Assembly (NCBI GenBank): GCA_040256005.1
Contig: JBDZWC010000049.1
Span: 1-19,587 of the forward strand
Reading direction: 5' to 3'
DNA from: Deinococcaceae bacterium
GTDB lineage: Bacteria > Deinococcota > Deinococci > Deinococcales > Trueperaceae
DNA length: 19,587 bases
Shown here: positions 7,609-16,326 of the stretch, piece after piece
Numbering within the stretch: the first letter of the stretch is position 1
Layout of the letters: each line of letters starts with the position of its first letter
Notes under the pieces: model-generated
What the model was told of the DNA's origin: nothing
Databases searched by the model: none
Seen by the model: the letters and a program-made list of their open reading frames with translations, nothing else
Made by a program: the position numbers and the translations under genes

Positions 7609-9152
7609 CGGAACCACGGCATTTAGCGGGAACGCCAGTCCGGCTCAGGGCACGCCTGGCCGCGGTGCTGGCCACGACCCTGATCGCCGTCGTTGGGAGC
7701 GCGGCGTCGGCTCAAGGCATCGTCACAGTCGCTTTGCCGACGGACGTGCGTGACTTCGACCCACACCAGTCGATCGCGACCCACGAGCGAGCGATCCAGC
7801 AGAACATCTTCGACACGCTGATCGACCTCGACCGCGACTACAAGCCCACGGTGCCGGCTCTCGCCACAGCGTGGTCCTACGTCGACGACGTGACCCTGGA
7901 GGTCCAGCTGCGGCAGGGCGTGACGTTCCACAACGGCGAGGTGTTCAACGCCGACGACGTCGTGTTCACGTTCGAGCGGATCATGGACGCGAGCGAACCC
8001 ATCGGCATCAACACCTGGATCGAGGGCACCCTGGACAGGGTCGAGAAGGTCGATGACTACACGGTGCGGTTCGTCACGCCGGAGCCGTACGCGCCCTTGG
8101 TCGCGAACCTCACCCGCATCCACATCATCCCCGACCAGACGTTCCAGGAAGAGGGCGTCCAGGAGTTCGCCCAGCACCCCGTCGGTACCGGGCCGTTCCG
8201 GTTCGTCTCGTGGACGCCGGGCCAGCAGGTGGTGCTCGAGGCGTACGAGGACCATTGGCGCGAGGGCCTGCCCCTCATCGACGGCGCTGTGTTCCGCATC
8301 ATCCCCGACGAGTTCGCACGCTTCGCGGCTCTCGAGGCTGGCGAGGTCGACATCGTGCAGAACCTGCCGGCATCGCGCATCGACCAGGTCGAGGCCAACC
8401 CCGACCTGAGGGTGGCCTCGGTGTGGGGCCAGCGCAACATGTGGCTCGGCATCATGATCGTCCCGCCGCTCGACGACGTGCGCATCCGCCAGGCCCTCAA
8501 CTACGCGGTGGACAAGCAGGCGATCATCGATTCGATCTTCGAGGGCCAGGCAGGCGCGGTCGCACCGGGTGGGTTCGGAGCGCTGGCGTTCGGCTACCAC
8601 GACGACATCGAGCCTTACCCCTACGATCCGGAGCGCGCCCGTGAGCTGCTCGCCGAGGCCGGCTACCCCAACGGGCTGGACCTCGAGTTCCGCTGCTCGT
8701 CGGACCGCTACGCCTCCGACCGCGAGGTGTGCCAAGCGATCCAGGCCTACCTGTCGGTCGTCGGCATCAACACCGAGGTCCAGTTCACCGAGTGGGCCGT
8801 CTACTCGCAACTGCGTGGCGACCGCTCGATGCAGGGCATCTACTTCCTGGGATACGGCAACTCCCTCTTCGACGCCGACTTCCCGCTGAGGCTGTGCTGC
8901 TGGAGCGGCGGTCGAGCCGAGACCCGCTTCACCACACCGGAGCTCGACGCGATGGTCGAGGAGGCAGCCCGGACTGTCGACGTGGAGGCCCGTTACGACC
9001 TCTACGGCGAGATCCAGCAGTACATCCGGGATCAGGCGCCTTACGTCTTCCTCTACGACCAGTTCGACATCTACGGCATCTCGGACCGCGTCGAGTGGGA
9101 GCCGTGGGCCACGGAGCTCATCCCGCTGATGGACGCCCGCATCGTCGACTGA
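7605..9152 (+). CDS. ABC transporter substrate-binding protein, family 5 (Dpp/Opp/Nik type)
   Basis: Signal peptide ending ASA-Q (no lipobox), IFDTL, LRQGVTFHNG..FNADDVVFTF, PVGTGPF, DVRIRQALNYAVD, YDPERARELLAEAGY. Confidence 0.95.
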   Translation: MTEPRHLAGTPVRLRARLAAVLATTLIAVVGSAASAQGIVTVALPTDVRDFDPHQSIATHERAIQQNIFDTLIDLDRDYKPTVPALATAWSYVDDVTLEVQLRQGVTFHNGEVFNADDVVFTFERIMDASEPIGINTWIEGTLDRVEKVDDYTVRFVTPEPYAPLVANLTRIHIIPDQTFQEEGVQEFAQHPVGTGPFRFVSWTPGQQVVLEAYEDHWREGLPLIDGAVFRIIPDEFARFAALEAGEVDIVQNLPASRIDQVEANPDLRVASVWGQRNMWLGIMIVPPLDDVRIRQALNYAVDKQAIIDSIFEGQAGAVAPGGFGALAFGYHDDIEPYPYDPERARELLAEAGYPNGLDLEFRCSSDRYASDREVCQAIQAYLSVVGINTEVQFTEWAVYSQLRGDRSMQGIYFLGYGNSLFDADFPLRLCCWSGGRAETRFTTPELDAMVEEAARTVDVEARYDLYGEIQQYIRDQAPYVFLYDQFDIYGISDRVEWEPWATELIPLMDARIVD

Positions 9153-9165
9153 CCCGAGCACGTCC

Positions 9166-9202
9166 GGCGGGTGGCGAGGCACTTTAGCCTCGACCACCCG
9201 CC
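9166..9202 (+). terminator. GC-rich stem-loop after SBP gene (mRNA stabiliser / partial terminator)
   Basis: GGCGGGTGG-CGAGGC-acttta-GCCTCG-a-CCACCCGCC: 15-bp stem with one bulge, only a short U tail. Confidence 0.6.
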
Positions 9203-9239
9203 TTCACCGCGGCAGCGTAGGTGAGGAGGTGACTGCAGC

Positions 9240-10157
9240 ATCACCGCGTACCTGGCAAGGCGGCTCTGGCACTCCGCTCTGAGCCTCGTCGCGATCACCT
9301 TCGTCGTCTACCTGATGCTCAACGCCAGCGGCGACCCCGCGACGATGCTCCTCCCCGACACCGCCACGCCTCAACACGTCGCACAGGTCAGGCAGACGCT
9401 GGGGCTCGACGAGCCCGTGCTCACCCGCTACTTCACGTTCCTCTGGAACGCCGTGAGGGGCGACCTGGGCGACTCGTTCCTGTACAGGCGACCCGCCTCG
9501 CAGATCGTGCTGGCGGCTGTCCCGGCGACACTGGAGTTGGCGCTCGTGGGGATGCTCGTCGCCATCTTGATCTCGGTGCCCCTCGGCGTCATCGCCGCGC
9601 GCAACCAGGGCTCCGGCGTGGACAAGGCCGTCCTCGCCGTGGCCCTCCTCGGCCAGTCCGTGCCCGTCTTCTGGCTCGGCATGGTGGGCATCATGCTCTT
9701 CAGCGTTGCCCTGGGCTGGCTACCCACGGGCGGCCGGGGCACCATCCTCCACTACGTGCTCCCCGGCTTCACGCTGGGCTGGTTCGCCAACGGCCTCATG
9801 GCGCGGTTGGTGCGGTCTTCGATGCTCGAGGTCCTCAGCCAGGACTACGTCAGGACCGCCCGCTCGAAGGGGCTGGCCGACTGGGGCATCGTCGCCAAGC
9901 ACGCGTTCCGTAACGCCGCCATCCCGGTGGTGACGGTCGCTGGCCTCCAGTTCGCCGCGATGATGGGCGGCACGGTCGTCACCGAGATCGTCTTCTCCTG
10001 GCCGGGTGTCGGTCGCCTGACCCTGGACGCCATCTCACAGCGCGACTACCCGGTCGCCATGGCGGCCATCCTGTTCATCGCGTTCATGTTCATCATCGTG
10101 AACTTCATCGTCGACATGACGTACACCCTCATCGACCCGCGCGTGAGGCTCGAGTGA
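9240..10157 (+). CDS. ABC transporter permease, DppB/OppB type (probable non-canonical ATC start)
   Basis: Frame upstream of ATG 9315 encodes the typical N-terminal helix (I)TAYLARRLWHSALSLVAITFVVYLML; GDPA, LGLD.P, GDLGDS, EAA-type loop DYVRTARSKG, DPRV end. SD GAGGAGGTGA lies 7 nt before ATC 9240. Confidence 0.9.
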   Translation: MTAYLARRLWHSALSLVAITFVVYLMLNASGDPATMLLPDTATPQHVAQVRQTLGLDEPVLTRYFTFLWNAVRGDLGDSFLYRRPASQIVLAAVPATLELALVGMLVAILISVPLGVIAARNQGSGVDKAVLAVALLGQSVPVFWLGMVGIMLFSVALGWLPTGGRGTILHYVLPGFTLGWFANGLMARLVRSSMLEVLSQDYVRTARSKGLADWGIVAKHAFRNAAIPVVTVAGLQFAAMMGGTVVTEIVFSWPGVGRLTLDAISQRDYPVAMAAILFIAFMFIIVNFIVDMTYTLIDPRVRLE

Positions 10158-11044
10158 CCGGCGTCGTAGGGCTCATCGGCGTGGGCGCCATGGGCCGCGG
10201 GTTCGCCAAGAACCTCGTGCTCGCGGGGTTCACGGTTCGCGGCCACGACCGGGACCCGCGGGCGCTGGAGGCGCTGCAAGACCTGGGTGGAACGCCTACG
10301 GGCTCGCCGGCGGAAGCGGCCACCGGGGCGACCTGGCTCATCACCTCCCTGCCTGGTCACGAGGAGGTGTCGGACGTCCTCTTCGGTTCCGGTGGCGCCT
10401 TGACCACCGCCGAGGCAGGGATCGTGGTCATAGACACCTCGACCTCGCTTCCCAAGCAGTCGCGGTCACTTGGTGAGCGGTTGGCGCGCGCAGGGCTGAG
10501 GTTCGTGGACGCCTCCGTGAGTGGGACCGGAGCCACCGTGCTTGACAAGGACGTCGTGGTGCTGGCCGGAGGCTCGACCGAGGACTTCGCTGCCTGCCGC
10601 CCCGTCTTCGACGGGTTCGCCCGTGCGTCCTATCACCTGGGTCCCGTGGGCTCCGGCGCACTCGGCAAGCTGCTCATCAACGTCGTCGTGGTCGGCAACA
10701 GGCTCGCGCTGGCGGAGTCGCTCGCTCTGGGCATCAAGGCCGGCATGGACCCGGCGGCGTTGCTCGCGATCCTCAAGGACGGACCGTCCTACTCGCGGGC
10801 CATGGACCTCAAGGGTGAGAAGATGATCTCCCGCGACTACCGGCCACAGAGCACGCTGGCTCAGTCGCTGCACGGCACGGAGCTGCTGTTGGAACAGGCG
10901 CGGGAGGTGGGCGCACCGCTCTTCGGGGTGGCCGTCTACTCGCAGATCGCTCAAGCGGCCGTGGCCATGGGCCTGGGCGACCTCGATCCCGCGGCCCTGC
11001 TGGAGGCCCTTCTCGTCATGGGCGGGGCCGAACGAGGTGGCTGA
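10154..11044 (+). CDS. NAD(P)-dependent beta-hydroxyacid dehydrogenase (3-hydroxyisobutyrate dehydrogenase / tartronate semialdehyde reductase family)
   Basis: GLIGVGAMG, IDTSTS, FVDASVSG, GSGALGKLLIN (catalytic Lys); GTGA overlap with permease stop. Confidence 0.9.
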   Translation: MTGVVGLIGVGAMGRGFAKNLVLAGFTVRGHDRDPRALEALQDLGGTPTGSPAEAATGATWLITSLPGHEEVSDVLFGSGGALTTAEAGIVVIDTSTSLPKQSRSLGERLARAGLRFVDASVSGTGATVLDKDVVVLAGGSTEDFAACRPVFDGFARASYHLGPVGSGALGKLLINVVVVGNRLALAESLALGIKAGMDPAALLAILKDGPSYSRAMDLKGEKMISRDYRPQSTLAQSLHGTELLLEQAREVGAPLFGVAVYSQIAQAAVAMGLGDLDPAALLEALLVMGGAERGG

Positions 11045-11969
11045 CGTGGCCCAGCGCTCACCAGCCGCGGTGCCCGTAGCGGGTGCCGTTGCGCCGACGG
11101 GCCGCGGCCAGGGGCTGGGGCGCAAGCTGTTGCGTAACAGGTCCGCGGTGGTCGCGATCGTCGCCTTCGCGCTGATCCTCGTGGTGGCGGCTCTCAGCCC
11201 AGTGATCGCCCCGCTAGAACCGGACACGGTGCAGCTCAGCCTGCGGAACAAGCCACCCGGCATCCTCGGCGCCGACGGCCCTCGCTACCTCCTCGGCACC
11301 GACTTCCTGGGCCGAGACGTACTGACCCGCATGCTCTTCGGCCTGCGCATCAGCCTGTTGGTCGGCTTCGCCTCCATCGGGCTCGGGTCGCTCCTCGGCG
11401 TGACCCTCGGCCTCGTGGCCGGCTTCTACGGCAAGGCGTGGGACGCCGTGATCATGCGCCTCGTGGACATACAGCTCTCGTTCCCGACGATCCTCATAGC
11501 CATCGCCTGGGCGGCCTTCATCGGCCCCGGCATCGTCTCGATCATCGCGATCATCGCCCTCACCAGCTGGGTGGAGTACGCGCGCGTGGTGAGGGGCGCC
11601 ACCCTGTCACTGAGGGAACAAGCCTTCGTCGAGGGCGCCTTCGCCGTCGGTCTCAGGTCGCCCGTGGTGATGCTTCGACACGTGCTGCCCAACGTCTTGA
11701 GCCCGGTGATCATCGTGGCAACCTTGCAGTTGGGCCGCGCCATCATCCTCGAGTCCACGCTCAGCTTCCTGGGCCTGGGCATCCAGCCGCCCATGCCTTC
11801 CCTCGGCAGCATGCTCGCCGACGGCAGGCGCTACTTGGACACCGCCTGGTGGGTGGCGACCATGCCCGGCCTGGCGATCATGTTCCTCGTCCTCAGCTCG
11901 AACCTGCTCGGCGACTCGCTCAGGGACGTGCTGGACCCTCGGCACGCCGCCGGAGATCATCGCCGTTGA
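11037..11969 (+). CDS. ABC transporter permease, DppC/OppC type
   Basis: LLGTDFLGRDVLTR, MRLVDIQLSFP, FVEGAFAVG, RHVLPN, ESTLSFLGLG, NLLGDSLRDVLDP. Confidence 0.95.
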   Translation: MADVAQRSPAAVPVAGAVAPTGRGQGLGRKLLRNRSAVVAIVAFALILVVAALSPVIAPLEPDTVQLSLRNKPPGILGADGPRYLLGTDFLGRDVLTRMLFGLRISLLVGFASIGLGSLLGVTLGLVAGFYGKAWDAVIMRLVDIQLSFPTILIAIAWAAFIGPGIVSIIAIIALTSWVEYARVVRGATLSLREQAFVEGAFAVGLRSPVVMLRHVLPNVLSPVIIVATLQLGRAIILESTLSFLGLGIQPPMPSLGSMLADGRRYLDTAWWVATMPGLAIMFLVLSSNLLGDSLRDVLDPRHAAGDHRR

Positions 11970-12008
11970 CCTCACCTTCCCGACACTCGACCAAGGAGAG
12001 ATAAGGCC

Positions 12009-12923
12009 GTGGACAAGATCTACGTCTCTGTGAGCATGGACTGCGAGCGCGACCGCACGTTCACCGACCCGACGGCTTCCGGGCCGGCCGACTTCGCCGC
12101 GAGCGCCGCCTGGGTGCGTGCTTATGCCTCGCTGGCCGAGGCCTACGGTTGGCCCGTCACCTTCTTCCTCCATCCGGAGGTGGCGGAGGGACAGAGCGAC
12201 CTGTTCCTCGAACTGGAGTCGCAGGGCGCCTGCTTGGGCCTTCATCTCCACCCGTGGAAGTTCGGCGACGGCAAGTACCGTGCGCACTTCGGTGGCCTCT
12301 CGGAACAGGACCAGCGGGCGGCCATGTCCGAGGCCATCGCGCTGTGGCAGAGGGCGATAGGCAGGCGCCCCGAGTACTTCCGACCCGGCACGTTCTCGGC
12401 CAACGACGCCACCTACCGCGTGCTCGTCGACCTGGGCTTCAAGGGCGGGTCCATCTCGGCACCCAACCGCGTGTACCGCGACCTCAACTCCATCTGGACC
12501 GGCGCCGAGAAGGACCCACACCGGCCCCATCCGTATTTCCGCCAGCTCAAGGGCACGCTGCCCTTCGGGAACGTCCCCCTGACGCACGACTACTCGAAGC
12601 TGGAGGACGTGAACGGCAGGAGGTTCCACCGCGACCTGCGGCCCGACTACTACGACGCGGACTACCAGCTGATCGCCAATAACATCGTCGAACAGTTGCT
12701 GGAGCGCCGCCCCGCGATCCCCGTCATCCACATGGTCACGCACAACGACCACGACTACACGGACCCCGAGGACCGCGTCAGGAAGAACTACGACGTGGTC
12801 TTGAAGGAGATCGACCAGGCCTGCCGGAGCCGTGGCATCGAGCCGGTGGGCGCCACGATCCAGCAACTGGCGGGCATGGTGCTCGCGTTGCCGGTCGAGG
12901 ACGAGGCGTTCGTACCCACGTGA
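12009..12923 (+). CDS. Polysaccharide deacetylase / CE4 (NodB-like) family protein
   Basis: SMDCE, PVTFF, GLHLHP (HxH metal ligands), FRPGTFSAND; SD AAGGAG upstream of GTG. Confidence 0.72.
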   Translation: MDKIYVSVSMDCERDRTFTDPTASGPADFAASAAWVRAYASLAEAYGWPVTFFLHPEVAEGQSDLFLELESQGACLGLHLHPWKFGDGKYRAHFGGLSEQDQRAAMSEAIALWQRAIGRRPEYFRPGTFSANDATYRVLVDLGFKGGSISAPNRVYRDLNSIWTGAEKDPHRPHPYFRQLKGTLPFGNVPLTHDYSKLEDVNGRRFHRDLRPDYYDADYQLIANNIVEQLLERRPAIPVIHMVTHNDHDYTDPEDRVRKNYDVVLKEIDQACRSRGIEPVGATIQQLAGMVLALPVEDEAFVPT

Positions 12924-12957
12924 GCGAGGTGCCGACCCCGGTCGACGGTCCGCGCCC

Positions 12958-13929
12958 TCAGTACCCTCGACCGTCGACGTCCACGAGGTTCGCCAAAGGC
13001 TCTCCCCGCCAGAAGCGTGCCAGGTTGGCGGCGAACTCCTCCATGACGGCGCCCCAGACGTCCGGAGCGGCGGACGAGCTGTGCGGCGAGACGATCACGT
13101 TCGGCAGCCGCCATAGGGGGCTGTCGTTCGGCAACGGCTCTACCTCGAACACGTCGAGAGCCGCTCCGCCCAGATGGCCGTCCGACAGGGAAGCGACGAG
13201 GTCTGCCTCGACCACGATGCCCCCTCGCGCCACGTTGACCAAGAACGCACCGGGCCGCATGCGCGCGAACGCGGCAGCATCGAACGAGCCCCGCGTCTCC
13301 GGCGTCAACGGGCAGGCCACGACCACGACGTCGGAGGCGGCCAACAACTCGTGCAGTCTGTCCGAGGTCCAGACCTCGTCCATGCCCGGTACCGGCCCGC
13401 TCGACCTTCTGAGCCCGATCGTCCTGGCGCCGAACGCCTTGAACCTGATGGCCGCCTCCCCGCCCACGGCTCCCGCACCCACGATCCCGACGGTCGAACC
13501 GGCCAAGGTCAGCGGTCGCGGCCTGCGCCACTCGCGTCGGCGCTGCGATGCCAGCAACTCTGGCAGCCGCTTGAACAGCGCCAGCGTCATCGTCACGACG
13601 TGCTCGGCGATAGGCAGGGCCCGGGCGTCCGCGGTGCGCGTGAACAGCACCCGCTTGCCCTGCAGGACCGGCACGTGCCGGTCCACACCGGCGGAGACCG
13701 TGTGTACCCACTCGAGGCGCGGCAGCGACGCGACCGTCTGCGCGAACACGTCCGTCGGCTGCCCCGCGGTGAGCAGGACGGTGGCGCCATACGCCTCTGA
13801 CGGGACCGGTCCGGCCCGCGGGATCGCCTCGAACCGAAGGTGGGGGAACGAGGCCCGGAGGCGCGTCACCTGGTCTGGCGGTACGCTGCCCGCCACCAGC
13901 ACGGTAGGGGCGGCGTCAGGTTCGGTCAT
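12958..13929 (-). CDS. D-2-hydroxyacid dehydrogenase (NAD(P)-binding)
   Basis: WVHTVSAGVD, GIVGAGAVG, CPLTPETRG, LVNVARG, AALDVFEVEPL, SPHSS (Arg-Glu-His triad). ATG 13929 chosen to avoid overlap with the divergent gene. Confidence 0.92.
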   Translation of the reverse strand: MTEPDAAPTVLVAGSVPPDQVTRLRASFPHLRFEAIPRAGPVPSEAYGATVLLTAGQPTDVFAQTVASLPRLEWVHTVSAGVDRHVPVLQGKRVLFTRTADARALPIAEHVVTMTLALFKRLPELLASQRRREWRRPRPLTLAGSTVGIVGAGAVGGEAAIRFKAFGARTIGLRRSSGPVPGMDEVWTSDRLHELLAASDVVVVACPLTPETRGSFDAAAFARMRPGAFLVNVARGGIVVEADLVASLSDGHLGGAALDVFEVEPLPNDSPLWRLPNVIVSPHSSSAAPDVWGAVMEEFAANLARFWRGEPLANLVDVDGRGY

Positions 13930-13989
13930 CTGCTTCGGCGCCCACGGCCAGTGGTCGCCACGGGTGAAACTGGACGGGTGAGCGCTGAC

Positions 13990-15054
13990 ATGACGCAACG
14001 CACGATAAGGGACGTGGACACGCCGGCAGTTGTCGTCGACCTGGACCGCGCCGAGGCGAACATCGCCAAGCTGCAGGCGTACTTAGACGCCCACGGGATC
14101 GCGAACCGACCCCACGTCAAGACTCACAAGCTGCCGCTGCTGGCGCAACGGCAGGTGGCCGCCGGAGCGGTCGGGGTCACCGTGCAGACGTTGGGCGAGG
14201 CCGAGGTCATGGTCAACGCCGGGCTCACCGACGTCCTGGTCACGTACAACCTGATCGGGCCGGCCAAGGCGGAGCGTCTGGCGGCGCTGGCGACGCGCGC
14301 CAAGGTCAAGGTCGCGGTGGACAACGCGGTCGCTCTGAGAACCGTCGCGGCCGCCGCGGAGCGCGCCAGGAAGCCCATCGGTGTCCTGATCGAGTTCGAG
14401 TCGGGCAAGAGGCGGCAGGGCGTGCTCGACCCGGCCCAAGCCCTCGACCTGGCTCGTCAGGTGGAGGCGGCCGAGAACCTTTACCTCGAGGGGTTGCTCA
14501 CGTACCCGGCATCACCGGCGGTAGGCCCGTTCGTGGCGGAGGCTCGGCGCCTGTTCGACCAAGCCGGTATCGACATACACACGGTCTCGGCCGGCGGCAC
14601 ACCCAACATGTGGAAGGCGCACGAGCTAGGCGGCGTCACCGAGTACCGGGCCGGGACGTCGGTCTACCACGACCGCAAGAGCGTCGAGCGCGGTGAAGCG
14701 AGCCTCGAGGAGTGCGCCCTCTTCGTGCACGTCACCGTCGTGAGCATGCCCGAGCGAGACCGCGCCGTCATCGACGCCGGCTCCAAGGTGCTGACGAGCG
14801 ACCTGGTCCCTCGGGAGATGGGTGCCGGCTACGGGTTCATCCCGGAGTACCCGCAGGCCGTGATCCGGGAGCTATCGGAGGAGCATGGGACCGTCGACTT
14901 CAGCCGCTGCGATGAAAGACCAAGCATCGGGGACCGGTTGACCGTGCTCCCCAACCACGTCTGCCCGGTCAGCAACCTGGTCGATGAGGTCGTGCTGCAG
15001 CGAGGCGGGATCGTAGAAGACGTCGTGCCGGTGGCGGCGCGAGGGAAGAGGTGA
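13990..15054 (+). CDS. Fold-type III PLP-dependent enzyme, D-threonine aldolase / D-serine dehydratase (DSD1) family
   Basis: TPAVVVDLD, RPHVKTHK (PLP Lys), SAGGTP, EYRAG, IDAGSKVL, LSEEHG, PNHVCP (metal His/Cys). Confidence 0.92.
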   Translation: MTQRTIRDVDTPAVVVDLDRAEANIAKLQAYLDAHGIANRPHVKTHKLPLLAQRQVAAGAVGVTVQTLGEAEVMVNAGLTDVLVTYNLIGPAKAERLAALATRAKVKVAVDNAVALRTVAAAAERARKPIGVLIEFESGKRRQGVLDPAQALDLARQVEAAENLYLEGLLTYPASPAVGPFVAEARRLFDQAGIDIHTVSAGGTPNMWKAHELGGVTEYRAGTSVYHDRKSVERGEASLEECALFVHVTVVSMPERDRAVIDAGSKVLTSDLVPREMGAGYGFIPEYPQAVIRELSEEHGTVDFSRCDERPSIGDRLTVLPNHVCPVSNLVDEVVLQRGGIVEDVVPVAARGKR

Positions 15055-15061
15055 GGTTCAG

Positions 15062-15406
15062 ATGCTGACGAGGCACTACCCACAGAAGTACTTCCATAGG
15101 GCGGTCGAGGCCGGCGGCTTCCTGTTCCTGTCGGGCCTGACGGCGGACGACCGCTCGCTCGACCTGAAGGGCCAGACGGCGCAGGTCCTCGACAAGCTGG
15201 AGGCCTTGATGAAGGACCTGGGCAGCGACCCGTCGAAGATCGTCAGCGCGACCGCGTACATCACACAGATGGAGCACAAGGACCTGATGAACGAGGCGTG
15301 GCTCGAGTTCTTCCCTTCCGGCGACCTGCCGGTGCGGGCCACCCTGGGCGTGGCTTCCCTGGGCGAGGGGATCCTGGTCGAGGTCGTCTGCGTCGCCGTC
15401 AGGTAG
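15062..15406 (+). CDS. RidA/YjgF/UK114 family protein
   Basis: FLFLSGLTA, QTAQVL..LE, IVSATAYI, MNEAW..FF...LPVRAT, LVEV; conserved Arg of PxR retained; SD GAGGT. Confidence 0.92.
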   Translation: MLTRHYPQKYFHRAVEAGGFLFLSGLTADDRSLDLKGQTAQVLDKLEALMKDLGSDPSKIVSATAYITQMEHKDLMNEAWLEFFPSGDLPVRATLGVASLGEGILVEVVCVAVR

Positions 15407-15409
15407 CGC

Positions 15410-15775
15410 ATGCCGCACGACGAGAGGCTCGCCGAGCGCCTGCGAAGCGCCTTACGAGGACAGCCTGGGCTGACCGAGCAGAGGATGTTCGGAGGCCTCG
15501 CCTTCATGGTGGGTGGGCATCTGGCTGTGGGGGCCGGCAGCGGCGGCGACCTCATCGTGAGGGTCGCCCACGACCACGTGCCGCGGCTTCTGGCCGACCG
15601 CGGGGTCGAGCCCATGGAGATGCGCGGCAGGCCCATGACCGGTTGGCTGCTCGTCTCCGTGGAGGTCATCGAGTCGGATGAGGACCTGAAGGCGTGGGTA
15701 GCCCGAGGGGTGAACTACGCCGCGTCCTTGCCTCCGAAGCACGGTGGCGGGGGCGACGCGGAGAGCTCCGACTGA
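15410..15775 (+). CDS. TfoX/Sxy N-terminal domain protein
   Basis: DERLAERLR, EQRMFGGLAFMVGG, MRGRPMTGWLLV, LKAWV..GV.YA.SLPPK. Confidence 0.88.
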   Translation: MPHDERLAERLRSALRGQPGLTEQRMFGGLAFMVGGHLAVGAGSGGDLIVRVAHDHVPRLLADRGVEPMEMRGRPMTGWLLVSVEVIESDEDLKAWVARGVNYAASLPPKHGGGGDAESSD

Positions 15776-15833
15776 CGTTCTGGCGCCAGTGTGCCTCGAC
15801 CAGCCGCGCGCCACTCCGGTCCATGCAACTCGC

Positions 15834-16292
15834 TCAACCGGAGGTACTGGGCAGCTCGGCGTCCAGGAACCTGCTCGCCTCGTCTGGGGTAGGAAGTCGG
15901 CACGCGTCCGAGCGACCGAACCAGCCGTAGCGCCGCGCGGCCACGAGATCGTAGACGGCGTCGCGGACGCCGGTAGGCACGACCTCGAGCGCGCCCAACA
16001 GGGACCACAGGCCACCCAGGTGACGCGCCACCTTCAACGCCGCCGTGGACCGCTCGTAGCGGCGCCCGTCCTCGACGAACACGAACGTCCCGGGATCGTC
16101 GGCATCGAGCCCCTCCGTCCGTCCCACCAACGTCCGACCCACGTCCGACTGCAACGACGCGAACATGATCCTGCCCGTCCTGTCGTTGTCCATGACGAAC
16201 CTGACCGCGGCGTTGCACAGGTTGCAGACGCCGTCGAACAGCAGGATCGGCGGCAAGGCGGATAGTTCTGCGTGGGGCGAGCTTTCGTCCAC
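15834..16292 (-). CDS. DCC1-like thiol-disulfide oxidoreductase (DUF393)
   Basis: ILLFDGVCNLCN (DxxCxxC), FASLQS, RSTAAL, RDAVYDLVA.RRY.WFG...CRLP...RFL. Start probably GTG 16292. Confidence 0.9.
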   Translation of the reverse strand: MDESSPHAELSALPPILLFDGVCNLCNAAVRFVMDNDRTGRIMFASLQSDVGRTLVGRTEGLDADDPGTFVFVEDGRRYERSTAALKVARHLGGLWSLLGALEVVPTGVRDAVYDLVAARRYGWFGRSDACRLPTPDEASRFLDAELPSTSG

Positions 16293-16326
16293 GAACCCAT
16301 GTTCACAGTGACATAGAGTCGGCGTG

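Noticed and set aside
7623..9197. 524-aa minus-strand ORF
   Set aside because: Antisense shadow of the strongly codon-biased SBP gene; no recognisable motifs.
11607..12866. 419-aa minus-strand ORF
   Set aside because: Antisense shadow spanning dppC and the deacetylase; typical high-GC artefact.
12920..13981. 353-aa plus-strand ORF with an apparent GTGA overlap on the deacetylase stop
   Set aside because: Ser/Thr/Arg-rich antisense shadow of the clear D-2-hydroxyacid dehydrogenase on the minus strand.
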